DNA from: Diplonema japonicum
Taxonomy: Eukaryota > Protista > Euglenozoa: Diplonemea
Reading direction: 5' to 3'
Assembly: GCA_964019335.1 (NCBI GenBank)
Contig: OZ025657.1
Location: forward strand, 62,001 to 126,000
DNA: 64,000 nt
Shown here one piece after another: positions 23,766 through 36,168 of the stretch. Position 1 is the first letter of the stretch. Each line of letters starts with the position of its first letter. Below the pieces are notes generated by a model. That model saw only the letters and a program-made list of their open reading frames with translations. It was not told the DNA's origin and did not search any database. A program made the translations under genes and the position numbers.

Positions 23766-25208
23766 CTATTTCCGCGACGCAAGAGTAAGAACGTATATAA
23801 TGCTTGGCATGGCAATGAGGCCACACGACAGCACGGCTACAGAGAGCAGGATTTCCACTCTAGTAGGCGGGCAGGGCTTGGATATTGGCGAAGGAAACCC
23901 CAGATCCTCGACCCTGAAGGAAGGGTGCCCATGATGACCAAAAGCATCGAGCAAAGGCATCGACTCCACATTGGGTATCTCGGACAGGTTGGCATGATAC
24001 GGCGCCTCTTCGTCTTCGCCCTCGTCCCTTTCCATCCATGCCGCGCACAGGAAGAACAACGGCGGTAAGATGCATGTGAACATAATACCAGCCGTCGCAC
24101 CCAAATACCTGAAAGTGGAGTACACAGGCGATCCCGATGCGAACACTGCTGCCGACCCTATCATAAGCAGGTTAGGAAGCAGTGGGGATGCGCTCGGGGG
24201 CAGGAGGTACAAAAACAGCAAATTCGCGCACTCATGAACCAACACAGGCAGCGTGAAGAACACTGCTGACGCGAAGACCACTTTCAAGAACCACCTCCCG
24301 TGGAGGTTATCCAATATGTTGCCGCTTGTGTCGTTCATGTAGGTGATGTACCCACTGAGGCCCAGGCAGATGTACAGGACAGCAGCAGACCCAACGGCAC
24401 AGCCGGCTATCGGCATCAACGACTTTGTCTTGACACCGGGCATGCCTTTCATCTCCCGATACAAAGGAAAGAGGTTCACCTGGCAATCAAAAGCGAAGAA
24501 TATAACTGAGCAGCTTGACACAATGCTCGCCATGTCATTCACGCCTGGCGCGTGCACAAGAGTGTCGAGGACCTCCTCATGCTGGAGGGCGTCGGCGGTG
24601 ATGGAGTAGCAGAAGTAAAGCATGGCAGCTGCCGCATACAGCGAAACAATACGAAGGTCCCCGATGCTCTTCTGCAGGGTGAGAGGCCACACAAGGATCG
24701 CCACTATGTACACAACAGTGGAAAGGGAGACTCTGTCTCTGCCCACGAAGCTGTAGACAGTGTCGGCCACGGCGCGTATGTTCCCAACGACAGTACCCCA
24801 TGTGTCGAAGAGGCACACAAAGAGGGCGAGGTGGAAACCCTTTGCCCCCATGACGGTGTACCCTATGTGCGCCACGTCCGCTTCATGCGACTTGAGCACG
24901 TCAAGTGTCCTGAAGGTCAGGTAGCACCCCACCATCGTGATGACCACGATGAACCCGACAATCCCCACAAACCCCGCGTACCCCGCTTCGAACGTCGCCA
25001 TTGGCATCGCCAGCACTCCCGTTCCCACAAGTGTTACCAACAAGCTTATCCCTACCTGCCACCCTGCTGCCTGGCTCTCCTCTGTCGTGTCTAGCAACAA
25101 ACCGCCAAAGCTGCTCATCGACCTCATCGAAGCAAAGCTCACCAACCTGTCATGCGCCCCTGACAGGGACCTGTCTCGCAGGGGACTGACGCCATTGAGG
25201 CCGTACAT
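23766..25208 (-). CDS. Amino-acid permease (AAAP / Aa_trans, SLC38-like)
   Basis: ~11 hydrophobic segments. Motifs TLVGTGVLAMPMA, FAFDCQVNLFPLY, GLSGYITY..GNILDN, GATAG..ILPPLFF. Confidence 0.9.
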   Translation of the reverse strand: MYGLNGVSPLRDRSLSGAHDRLVSFASMRSMSSFGGLLLDTTEESQAAGWQVGISLLVTLVGTGVLAMPMATFEAGYAGFVGIVGFIVVITMVGCYLTFRTLDVLKSHEADVAHIGYTVMGAKGFHLALFVCLFDTWGTVVGNIRAVADTVYSFVGRDRVSLSTVVYIVAILVWPLTLQKSIGDLRIVSLYAAAAMLYFCYSITADALQHEEVLDTLVHAPGVNDMASIVSSCSVIFFAFDCQVNLFPLYREMKGMPGVKTKSLMPIAGCAVGSAAVLYICLGLSGYITYMNDTSGNILDNLHGRWFLKVVFASAVFFTLPVLVHECANLLFLYLLPPSASPLLPNLLMIGSAAVFASGSPVYSTFRYLGATAGIMFTCILPPLFFLCAAWMERDEGEDEEAPYHANLSEIPNVESMPLLDAFGHHGHPSFRVEDLGFPSPISKPCPPTRVEILLSVAVLSCGLIAMPSIIYVLTLASRK

Positions 25209-25406
25209 CTTTCGGCGTCACTGCCAGATAAATACAAACGATTCTTAGGGCTGAAAATAATAAGGACATTACAAGATGGTGTATTAAAGGGACTTGGTAA
25301 AGGGAAATTATCTCGCAAAAAAAAATAAAGGAAGGAGCGGACAGTTGCCAAGGTCGCAGCCCCACGTGAAAGGCTGACTGGATGGAAATCCAGGTTGCTT
25401 TTTTCT

Positions 25407-26612
25407 TTAGATGTGTTGGGCAGGTGATTTGTGTTTTGTAGCGCGATGTGACTTACGGTAAACCTTGGAAGGCACGGACCTGCCGTGGGAGATGAGAGGG
25501 ATGTTGTTTTGGGGGAAAATGTGGAGGGGGAGCTTAGGGATCTGGGGTCGTTCTTGCTTCTGCTGTTGTTTTTCGATGCCTTGCATCTCCTGAACGGTGT
25601 TGCAGTTTACGACGTCGACATGGACTTCCTGCAAGCTCTCGCCGTCGGTCTTGCTGATGTTGTTCATGTTGTTGCATATCGCGTTCATGTTCACATCTAG
25701 ATCCACCACCTTGCCTGGGTCCATTGTAGAACGGGATCTGGAAAACCGCAATTGCCGTGAGCGCTCTACTTGCTCATCTAATGAAGCTATTATCTTCTGC
25801 ATGCAGTGCTTGTCGCCTGTCTTCGTGCACCTCTCCAACGCGATGTGACTTCCCACAAGATTATCTGCCCCACAAACCGCCTCTACTAAGTCCTTCGCTG
25901 ATCGTATCAACTTACCGTTGAACCCTTTCACAACATCACCCACCCTCAGGCCCGTCACCTCAGCCAACCCACCAGGTACTACATGATCGATGTATGCACC
26001 ATCCTGGTCGTTCGACACCCGTGCCCCAACAGCCGTGGAATGACTTTGTACCCGATTAGGTGTGACGTGTGGTTCTGTAACGCCGCTTCTGAAACTGCCT
26101 CTCTGCTGTTTGTGCCTAGAAGCAAGCAGCTGTTCGTGGACAATGTGGTATCGATCTTTCCACTCTGCCGACGATTGCCGTTGCACTCTATGCTGCCTCT
26201 CCATTTTTACTAACTTCTCGGTTGTCTCGACCAGCTCCTGCCTCACGCGGGAAAGCTCCCCTTCTATCTTCGACTGCCGCTCCTTCGCTGTCACGAAGTG
26301 TCGTTTTATGATCTGCACCACCCCTTCCATGAAGCTGGCTTCCTTCGCTTTATGTTCCTCCTCCAGCTGTCGGATCTGCTTTTTAACCGAAACCTTTTTT
26401 TTTTGTTTATTTTGTTTTTCTTCTTTTTTTCTTTTGGTGTGACGAGAAGAATGTGCTTCAAAAAAGTTACCTTGTCCTTCTCCAACGACACTGTCTGCTT
26501 CCTCAAGACGATCTGTTGCAGTATGCCGTGCAGAGCGGATACATACATTCTTCCCCTCATCGCCTAAGCTCGTCAGCATCTCTAGCAACTCGTACACAGG
26601 GGCATCACACAT
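25407..26612 (-). CDS. Coiled-coil + PDZ-domain protein; probable introns 26513-26546 and 26376-26470
   Basis: PDZ motif GAYIDHVVPGGLAEVTGLRVGDVVKGFNG. The two introns (34+95 nt) replace a low-complexity K-rich stretch with IVLRKQTVSLEKDK. Confidence 0.7.
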   Translation of the reverse strand: MCDAPVYELLEMLTSLGDEGKNVCIRSARHTATDRLEEADSVVGEGQGNFFEAHSSRHTKRKKEEKQNKQKKKVSVKKQIRQLEEEHKAKEASFMEGVVQIIKRHFVTAKERQSKIEGELSRVRQELVETTEKLVKMERQHRVQRQSSAEWKDRYHIVHEQLLASRHKQQRGSFRSGVTEPHVTPNRVQSHSTAVGARVSNDQDGAYIDHVVPGGLAEVTGLRVGDVVKGFNGKLIRSAKDLVEAVCGADNLVGSHIALERCTKTGDKHCMQKIIASLDEQVERSRQLRFSRSRSTMDPGKVVDLDVNMNAICNNMNNISKTDGESLQEVHVDVVNCNTVQEMQGIEKQQQKQERPQIPKLPLHIFPQNNIPLISHGRSVPSKVYRKSHRATKHKSPAQHI

Positions 26613-26701
26613 GGTTCCTAATGAGTAGCTGCAAGTGTTTGAAGGCGCAACTTAATAGGACTACTAGTATACATCTAAAGCAAAGTAAGTACATATCTAT
26701 G

Positions 26702-29700
26702 TCAGTTTTGGCAGGCTGCCAAAGCCTCTCTGACGTCCAGCATTCTATTTGACAGCAGGTGCTGTGTTTCGGGATGGTTATTCTCGGGATCTTCGAGCAT
26801 CTGCTGCAGCTCAACAAGCTTGACAACCAAACCTCTCACGCTATCGAAGGAACGGAGCTGAGTTTCGCATTGAGTTCGGTTCGCAGGGAAGGGCGACGGG
26901 GCTGCAGGGGGGTTTGCAGGTAACGGGGACGGCATGGTGGGTGACTCTGGTATGCTGACCTTTTTCTTGTTCCCTCTCGAATTCGATCTGCTTTTCTTGA
27001 TACTTGCAAGTACCGACTTGGCATCTTTCGGAGGGTCTGCTTTAATGACAGGCGACATCACCCTGCTGCGCTGCGTCATGGAGGGCGACCCGAGGCGCCC
27101 GCGCATTACGCTCCGCTGCCTTGTCGGTGAAAAGGTGTGCTTCCGGGACTGGCCTCCCTGCACGCCGTCAGAGACCAGAACCCCGTGTCCTTTGTGAAGG
27201 AAATGGTGCCCTTTTGTAGGAGACGTGCCTCTGTGTGTGTGTTTGTTATATTCTCCTACCATACGTCCTCCAACTGTTGTCAATGCGTGACGCAGTCCAC
27301 GACGCCCTCGACTCTCTCGGCGACCTGTACGGTGACGATGTCCGTATTGCGGACCTTGGGGTGGTGGCGGGAACGGCGCTGGTGATGTGGCTTCGGTTGT
27401 CCCGTTTGTTCTCCAACCAGTCTGCAATGACGTTCAAAAGGACAATACAAACATACTTGCCCACTCACGCAACGTAGTAGCAGTGACCCCTTCGCCCTGC
27501 AAGTGCTGGGGAACACTCGTATCTGTCAGCATGCTGATGTTCACTGAATTGTTCGCGTTGCTCACCGTCGGCGTCCTCACCAAGTGTGACGTGTTCACCG
27601 CCAGCGGCGACAGGGACATGTCCAATGGCTGCGCCGCCCGTTCCTGCTTTTGCCGTTCAAGTTCGCGTCTTGACGCCATGACCTCCATCTCCGCGTGCTC
27701 CAGCAGCGACCTGCTATGATCCAGTGCTTGCTTGGCTTCCACGGTTTCCCTTGCAGACATCTCCACCGCCGCCTGTGAAGGTTGCTACAGTGCAATTGCC
27801 ATACCTCAATCTCCTTCCCAAAGGGGTTTAGGTCTTCTTCAGGAGGAGGACTCGGCCCGAGGGGGATAGGTGGTGTTGTTAGAGGCAGGATCGGAGGGCG
27901 TGCCCTTGAAGGAGATATGCTCCGCGCGCTGCTTTGCTCGCCATCGGGATCAGGTGTTGCAACACGTACCGTCACACCAATGCTACGGTCGGACTGGACC
28001 TGCAGGTGTGGGTGCACGTCTATGTGTTCATACCGACTCGGATCGCACATGCAGTGATGGTGCAGGGACACTCGAAGGAACAGGTGCCGAAATCGCTTCG
28101 GGGGCGGGAACAGATACAGGGGGCGGAACCTCCGCTAAAACCTTATCAACCGAAAGAGGTCGTGGTGGCTGCTTTTTCTTGCCAGGTAGCGAGACAACAG
28201 GGGGCATGATTGACAAGCCCTCCGGGGAGGGGTTCGAAGAGATTTCTGAAAGCAAGGGGGGAGTGCCTGCTCGTCGTGTAGGGTCACTGTGTGGAGGGGG
28301 CATGATGCGGTGGTTGTTCACCAGCCTACTGCGGTGGGGCCTCTTTTGCTGGTCTTCTTCCAAAAGTTCTAAGAACCTATTAATGTCAGGTTTGAGCACG
28401 GGCTTTGGCCGGAAGTGAGTGTCATACGCACTCTTGATCTCCCTGTACGGTATGGAACAGAAGCGAATTTCATACCTTCGCTGCAACGCTGCTGCTACAG
28501 GACCCCGCATGTTGTAGATGTCCTTCCTGGCTTGCCGTTCTTTCCGTAAGATGTCCACACGGCCCATGTGCTCCAAGTCGTTCATCTTGTACAATCCTTT
28601 GGTGCGGTAGAATACGTTCATGATGCGTCCTCGTGCTGCATGTTCTTTGTGCTCGATGCGCAGGATGCTTTCTGCGAGCATCGTGAAAGCAGTTCTGAGT
28701 TGTGTTGCAGTGCCGTAGTGTACATACCTCATCTTCACCGCGTTGATGATGGCGTTCCTCTTCTGGAACTCTTCAAGGGCAAACAGTGCACGTTCCTTCC
28801 CTTCGTCATGGAACATCCACAGTAGACTGCTTAAGTACCCCTCTCGCCCATCGATCACGTGGCGCTCTGTCCACTCTGCCTGTTTTATTTTAGTAGCAGC
28901 AGACTGCAGCGCAACGCTGTGTAATTTCTTCTTCTCACCCTCACTCTGAGCCTCATTAGTTCCTGCACCGCCGTTTTCCTCTAGACCTGCGGGTAGCGGT
29001 TTTTTTAGATTTTCTTTCCGTGCTGCTGCGAGTGCTTCTTGCCGTTCTTTCTGTTGCTTTGTCGGTTCTCGAGGAGGGGTCACCGCAGGAGGGAGCTTTA
29101 CCTTCTCGTTGCTGCCGATGAGGTCTATGTAGAACGATCGTACTTGGTTTAAGACAGTAGGGATGTGGACATCATGGTCACTGTGTACTTTATGTGTGTC
29201 GAGGTGGAGGACCCATGACGTGGGGCTCTCGACAGTGCCGAGCGTCGCGACGATGGCAGTGACGTACTTCATGCAGCGTGAGACGTACGTGGCGCCGTCT
29301 ACATCTACCTGGCACATCCCACGCAGCATAGTGTTAGCAGAGTCTGCTAGGGATGATGAGGTGACGGGGTCCACGTTCATGGCGTGCACACCGCTCATCT
29401 CGTATGAGCAGCTGTTGTGCGTATGCTCCACTGTAAGCACAGCCCCCTTGTGATGTACCTTGGGGTACACCCCACCACCAAACCTCGCTGTCACCTCTTC
29501 ACTCATCTCTTCACCTGTTGCACGTCTCAAAGTCAGCGAGTCCATCGCAGACGCCACGACGCTGGGGGCCGCCGTCGACACGAGCATGTCGACAAGAGTT
29601 TGCCGTGTCTCTATACCCTCAGATCGTGGGTAGAAGTGGTGCATGAATAACAGGTTGAATACTTCATAGATGGAGTTCTTCACCAACCTGAACAAGTCAT

Positions 29701-31747
29701 CATAGGATGTACGCCTCCCCCCAGGGATAACAGCTTCATATTTCGCCTTCAATGCCGCAAGAAACATCTCTTCGTTGCCTTTGTAGGCATCAGACGTTAG
29801 CAATGTGTCTAAATTCTGCACTTGATTCGGGTTGTGCTTCTTGTAGATGTTCCAAGCTTGTTTCCTGCATTCCAGGAATTGCGTGTCGTACTTTTGGGAT
29901 AGTTGCCTCTCCAGCTCATCGGGGTTTTGTTCCCACTTCAGAGCAAGCTTCCTGGCCTCGTTGAGCTTCTCAGGGTCGTATACCTTGAAGAATGCCTCCA
30001 GCTGCTCTTCTAAAGGGGGCCGTAGGGAAGATGACAGGCTGTACTTCGCTTCCAAGGCATCGAACAGCTCTTTCTCTTTGCCGTTGTACTGCAGCATCAG
30101 GTCGTCGATGCTTGATGCTAGCTCAGGGCGGCATTTCATGTACAGATCGTGGAGCCGTTCTCTGCCCGCGAACCACCCGTGCCGGCCATATTTACCCTCC
30201 AGTGAGGCCAGCAGTGCACTAACCTTGTCCGACAAGATCGCACGCGAGACGACGTACTCTGTCTGACGTGCCTTCTCTGGTGCGTGGCGCTCGTAAAAGG
30301 CCTGCACTGCATTGATAAGATATTCTTTGTCTGCGAGCTTGTTACACGTAAACCCCTCCGCGGCATGGGGGTGGTGCTCTTCAAAAGGCAGCACGTTGAT
30401 AACGTACGTCGAGAACCCCAGCATGTCGGGCATGGGGTAACCGTCAGCCGCCCCGAACACGTACCGCACAAGCCGCTCGTACAAACACCCTGCAAGAGAT
30501 GTCAGCGCAGCTTCTGTCATTGCAAAATCCAGCTGCTTACCAAAACCGGTCTCTTGCTGCTGTATCAGCATCAGTATGTGCTCTGTGCTCACCTGCAAGC
30601 ACTTCGCAGCCCACGCAACATGGTCGTCAACAGGGAGAACTCCAAAAGGAAGCTCCTCCCTGCCCTCAGCAGTGGCCAGCAGCACCCACCTGGCGAGCAT
30701 CAGATGCATTATGGCCCCCACAATAGCCCACATCTGCACACCCATAATGCCACCCACCTTCACCGTCTCCAGAGCACCCCGCACGTCTGCGAAGGTCGGT
30801 GCCTCGTCGTCGAAGCTACTCCTCTTCATCATTTTCACGAGTGTCGACTGCGGCGGCAGGCCAAGCTCAGCTATCATGGCGCTCTCTACGAGTTGCAGAA
30901 AGACAAGGTAAGGCCCTCTTGTTTCATCTCCTGACCCAGAATCGTAAGAAGGGTAAGGCAACAAATAAGCTGCGAGAGAGTGGTCCACCGCAATGGGGTT
31001 GACATCGATCTTGTTGAGGTAGCCGTCTGGACCATGGAAGACCTCCATGAAGTAGATCATGCCGGAGACGCAGGATTGAGTATCGGTGCTATACGTAGTG
31101 AGGGACTCGATGAGGGTGAATAGTGCGGCGTGAACAGGCTTCGTGGACTGCTTCAAGGAGTTAGGAGGGAGTGGTATCTTGGCGTAGTGGTTGGGGAGAT
31201 CAAACGGAATTCTACCGGGCTTAGTAAGAGAGAGGCCGGATCCTGTGGGGAGGCTGACGACGCAACGATCGGCTTCGAAGTTGGCGACGGCGTCTGCGAG
31301 GTCCATGAGGGGCTGCTGGAGAGCATCGTCAGAAGCACCGGAGAAGGACATCACGAGGGGCGGGTTAGTAATGACGGGGGTTTCCCATTTACCTTGGCTC
31401 ATCCGGTGGAGGAGTGTAATGAGGGTGGCAGGCTCGCATGCGTTATGTGGCATGTCGGGGAGGTGCCCAAGGGTGGGCAGTTCAGAAAAGGTTTCAGGCG
31501 TTAACGTGCTGAAGACGTTCGGGACTGGAACGATGCCGGTACTCGGCACACGAACCTCAATGTCCCTCTGCGGGTCGCGTACCATGACATCTCCCTCAGC
31601 GGTTGTACCTACCACGACACCCACACCCCACCCAGCTTGTACATCTTCAAAGAACACAGCAGCACCCCCATTCACATTTCTCTCCTCTGAAGGCGGCGAT
31701 ACAACAAAAGGATCAGTCGTCGCAGGCGAGTTCTCAACACTCATCAT
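26702..31747 (-). CDS. Degenerate myosin-motor-like protein (pseudo-myosin) with inserted helical repeats and a Pro-rich tail; introns 28000-28033, 27773-27804, 27422-27456, 27231-27264
   Basis: Ordered remnants of myosin head motifs (EPATLITLLHR, IVGAIMHL, SLAGCLYERLVRYV, INVLPFE, TVEHTHNSCSY, TVLNQVR). Four GTATG..AG introns join five track ORFs in frame. Confidence 0.7.
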
Positions 31748-32430
31748 ATCATCACTCCTAAGGGTGGTGGGTGGCTTAGCAAGCCGCCACGATACAATGT
31801 CACATTGTGGCCTCACATGTGACACTATACCGTGGCGTGACTCGGTGTTAGATGGAACGAGGGGGAAGGGAAAAAATTGGTACTTCTCAGTGAGCAGGTG
31901 GGTGCTCACTGAATGAATAAAAAGGTCACCCACAAGAAATAAGGAAAAAAAAAATGAGAGGAGTAAAAGGAGGTAGAAAACATAAAGGAACATGGAAGCG
32001 ATTGAATAGTATGAAGAAGAAAAAAGTGGAAAGAGCGGAATAAAATCAAGCAGGGAGGAACAGAAAAGCGCATAAGGGTTGGGGAGTGGATAGAAATAGT
32101 AACGTGTTGCGTACATTTCGACTTTTCGTATTTCCTTTCCTGCTCTTTCGTGCCTCTTCGGATCCTAAGATAGTTATTCATTACATGTAGCTGAGCAACA
32201 TGCAAGCAATTTTTGTTTTTGTCTTTTTACGTTAGACTCTTCTTTTTGTCGTTCGTTATTTCATCATCGTTTCTTTTTTTTTTCTTTCTTTTTTTTCCCG
32301 ATTGGCTTGACCCCCTCGCTTGCTAGCTGAAACGGTCGAAAGCATGCAACGGGCCGAAGAAACAATGTAAGAAATGGTTTGAAATCAGAAGTTCCCTTGA
32401 AGAAAGCTCTGTTCACGAAAAAAAAATAGC

Positions 32431-33614
32431 TTAGTAGGTGTTGCCCTTGATGTAAAGGGACTCCTGGGCACCCTTGGTGTCCTCGCTCTCAACATAACGA
32501 CCCTGTTTTTTTTTGGGGGGGTTGGAAGGAAAAAAAGAAGAGAAAAGAAAAGAAAACATACGCGGCAAGCAAGGGAGTTCATCTTTGCCCTGTGGAGGAA
32601 GACCTTGCGGGCGACCGCCGTGTTCTCGTCCTTGCCACCCCAAGCCTTGAGGGCAGAGCTCTGGAGGGCCCTGGCGTAGCTGAACCTGAGGGCCCAGGGC
32701 TTCGGGATGTCGGTGACGTTGTTCATGGCGTTCAGGTTGGCGGAAGCGTTCTGCTCGGAGAGGCCGCCGGAGAGGAAGAAGACACCGGGGACAGCGGCGG
32801 GGAGGGTCCTCGACAGGGTGGTCACAGTGGCGCGAGCAACCTCAACGGCGGCGGCGGTCATCCCGCTGTCCGCCCCGTGCACCACCATGTTGGGCTTCAG
32901 GAACATCGCCTCGAAGTGAACCCCGTGCTGGTGCAGGGCACGCACCACCTCCGCCCACACCCTCTGTGACACAGCCATGCAGGTCGCCATGTCGTGCGTT
33001 CCATCAATCATCACCTCTGGCTCCACGATGGGCACAAGCCCCTGGCGCTGAGACAGCTGCGCGTACTTCGCCAGCGTCTCCGCGTTGTGGTGGATCAGGT
33101 ACTCGGACACTGTCCCGTTCTGGATCTTGTAGGTATTCCTCCACTTGCAGAACCTCGCTCCCATTGCGTAGTACTCCTTCGCCCTCTTCTCGTAGTTGTC
33201 CAGCCCCTGCGTCGCCTGCTCACCGGGGGCCCCGCACACAGCGTCCACGAGACCCTTGTCCGTCTTTATCCCGGGCACCACTCCCATCGCCTTGCAAGCC
33301 TCGGGGAACGACGTGCCGTCGTCCAACTTCTGCGTCAGCGTCTCCTCGTGGAAGATCACGCCACCGACGTACTCCTCCATCCCCTTCGCTCCGATCATCA
33401 GAGCACGGTAGCGCCTCCTGTTCTCCTCGTTGTTCTCCAAACCGATCGGCTTGAACCTCTTGTCGCAGCTCCCCTGAGACTCGTCCGCCGCCAGGATCCC
33501 CTTACCGGGCTGGCACATACGCTTCGCGGTCGAGACCAGCTCCTCGTAGAAGGGCGTATCCAAACGGTCGTATGTCGACAGGTGGCTCTTCATCACTTCG
33601 AGGCGTGCAGACAT
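32431..33614 (-). CDS. ALD: Class I fructose-bisphosphate aldolase, peroxisomal/glycosomal type (copy 1); intron 32503-32561
   Basis: [40 protein letters not shown]2 RLEVMKSHL. Spliced C-terminus [23 protein letters not shown], 374 aa. Confidence 0.95.
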
Positions 33615-33794
33615 TTTTTTTTTTGTTTTTTTTTTTAATTGAGCTATAATAACATAACTAACACAACAAGAGTGCAGGGGAATACTTTTATACACTTCGG
33701 CCGACACACAGGTATCGTTCGGAGAAACTGAAAGAAGGGTCTTCCTGCTCATATTGAGGTGTTGGAAGTAAAACATAAAAAAAAATCTATAATC

Positions 33795-35936
33795 TTAGTT
33801 GCTCAATGTTCTTGCAGTCGCGAAGCGGTGGCGGGAGATGCGACGCGATCCAGGTGCCTGCGGTACGTGGTTCATTCACGGGGTATCCATACCTCTGACG
33901 CTTCAGATATGCTCTCAAGATCCTCCACATTGCTGTCATTAGCCTGACCTGTGAGTTCTTGCAGGCCTTCAGCAGCTGCAAGTAGAGCAGTACGCTGCTG
34001 GGCTGCTTGCGCTTTGTTAGGTGCCGGGGTGCCTCTTATGAGGGAGAGTAGATGCGGTAAGGAGAAGACAAAAGCATTGACAGCGGTGGCGTCACTGTGT
34101 GGTGTATGTTGTGCCGTTTGTGCATACTTCTCTTCCTCGGAGCCTGACTCGGAGGAAGACTCATCTTCAGCACCGAGCCCCAACGCTCTGATGGCCTTCG
34201 CCATAGCACCGTTCACGTTGGTCCGCTGCGCTTCTTCTTCCTCTTCTTCGTCAGACTGCGGGTCGAAGTGCATGCGCAGGGCTTCACCCAAGACACCCAA
34301 CCACTCCTTGGCGAACTCTTGTTCGGTGAGCACGGCATCAGCCTCCGGGTGCTTGTCTACTACCTCCCTCAACTCCGCGAGGTGGTCAGATGTGAGGGAC
34401 ATGGCTGGCGGCACACCCGCCTCCAACGCACCGTACAACATCCTCCTTGTTGGTTCTTTGCCCGTGTTCACATGCACCTTAGTATACAGCTCGATGGCAG
34501 CCCGCACGACCTCTGTCTCGTTGGCATCCAGCCACGTCGTGTCAACTGGCATGTACACATTCTCCGCCTGCGGCTCTGGTGAACTACGGCCGGACCTCTT
34601 CCTCCTCCCGGGGTGGTTTTTGCCAAGCGTTCTATTCACGTGGTCGTCTGTCTTCGCCTTGGCCATTGCATCGTGCAGCATAGTGTCTTTAGCCGAGTTG
34701 ATCTGTTTGAGTGTACTTTGTGTCCTTTTGCTATGCATACCATGTCTGTGGTCTCCTCTGCTACGCTGACATGCACGTGTCCTGGAACGTCTGCCGCTTT
34801 CCCACGCACTTCCCCCACCTTCTGCCCTGCTGCGACGATGCGCTGAAAGTCGTGATCCCCCAACTTTACCTTCATCCTGCGAATAAAGGCCTGGTGGGGT
34901 TCCTCTTGCTTCCAACCCTCTCCGCCCAATCTCGCGCCCACAATGTCTTGACGTATTCTCTGTTTGTTGTGGGCGGTGCTGCCTTGCATACCTCAAGGTC
35001 GTTCTTACGGATTTCACACGCTGTCGCTTGTTCTTTCTTTGCTTCTTCGGAGGAGAGACGGCTGTGAATGGATAACCTTTGTTCTTGTTCAGTATACCTT
35101 CTAAGGGTGACTGTGGATATGGTCCATTTGGTGACACCGCAGCACAGCACCAGCAGCGTGACACCGATGAAGATCCACCGTACAGTGACACCCCAGTCCT
35201 CCGGGTAGTCAGGCCACAGCCTGCAAACCTGGTGTTCTGTTGTGCCAGTCCCTGTGGTGCAGATACACTGCTCGCACCTGTCACATGTTAATCCACAGTT
35301 GCACGAGGTGCAGTACGAGGAGCCTGGACCAGGACTCCAAGGTGCTGCACACGTGAAGTCGTTGCATGATATAGGCGAAGTCGTCCGGATAAGGATCTTC
35401 GAGTCCCTGCAGTTGCTGAGCCCATCTTGGCCGTTCAGCGCACTGCAATCTATATCTCGTTCAATCGCCTTCAGCGACAGCTCCCACATTGCCAGCAGCA
35501 CAACACATAACGCCAAAAGGGATAAGAACCGTTTCCTGTAGTCCCTTATGGACCAGTCGCTGACTGCAGCCATGATCCCACCTTGCTCTTCCGTTTTCTC
35601 CTCTCTTTCAAGTTCCGCAATAGCCTTGTTCGTGCTAACCATGATGTCGTCCAGAATGTTGTTGTATAGCTGCTGGCCTCTCCGCGGCTCTGAAGGGTAT
35701 CCATCTATTTTCTCAGCGTCGAAGACGGGCTCCCTCGGGTTGAGTCCCAGACCCAGCCCTCGGTGTGCCTCCAGCCTATCTAATACGTCTACCACATCGG
35801 GGTTCGTTGTCCCGCTCTTCACCTTCTCCGTCTCCTTTACGTACCTCAGCCCACCAATGGCCACGTCTGCCACAAACCCTGCACCGACGTCTATCACATT
35901 CGGCTTCTCGGTCATCTCTACATCCCCCCCAGACAT
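33795..35936 (-). CDS. Two-TM protein with Cys-rich loop and long cytosolic tail; introns 35062-35097, 34960-34991, 34703-34740, 34095-34127, 33858-33892
   Basis: Two hydrophobic segments flank a Cys-rich loop. Micro-introns join ORFs 34872, 34636 and 33872. Two introns are in-frame and stop-free, so less certain. Confidence 0.6.
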
Positions 35937-36168
35937 TTCCTGGTGTTTGGGAGTTAACCGAAGTAAAAAAAACTGAAATAGATAATTGAACGAAAAAGGA
36001 GGGATTGTTGCAGCGCACCATGCAGTTGTGCAACACCTTCAAGGGCTTACGCCATCGCCTCGTGTCATCATATCAAAACGGTGTATTTTCCTGTGTCAGA
36101 GACCAGCGGTCACTTTGACGAGGAAAAGCATGGAAGGGAGGGATTGGTTCAGGAGATAGATAGTTCTA

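Noticed and set aside
26702-28071. Apparent frameshifts or pseudogene fragments (also at 34636-35284 and 40137-41635)
   Set aside because: Every break coincides with a GT..AG micro-intron that restores the frame, so there is no need for programmed frameshifting, stop recoding or sequencing error.
32503-32561. T-rich/A-rich aldolase intron halves as euglenid-type non-conventional stem-loop introns
   Set aside because: Boundaries are canonical GT-AG and the pairing is only low-complexity A:U.
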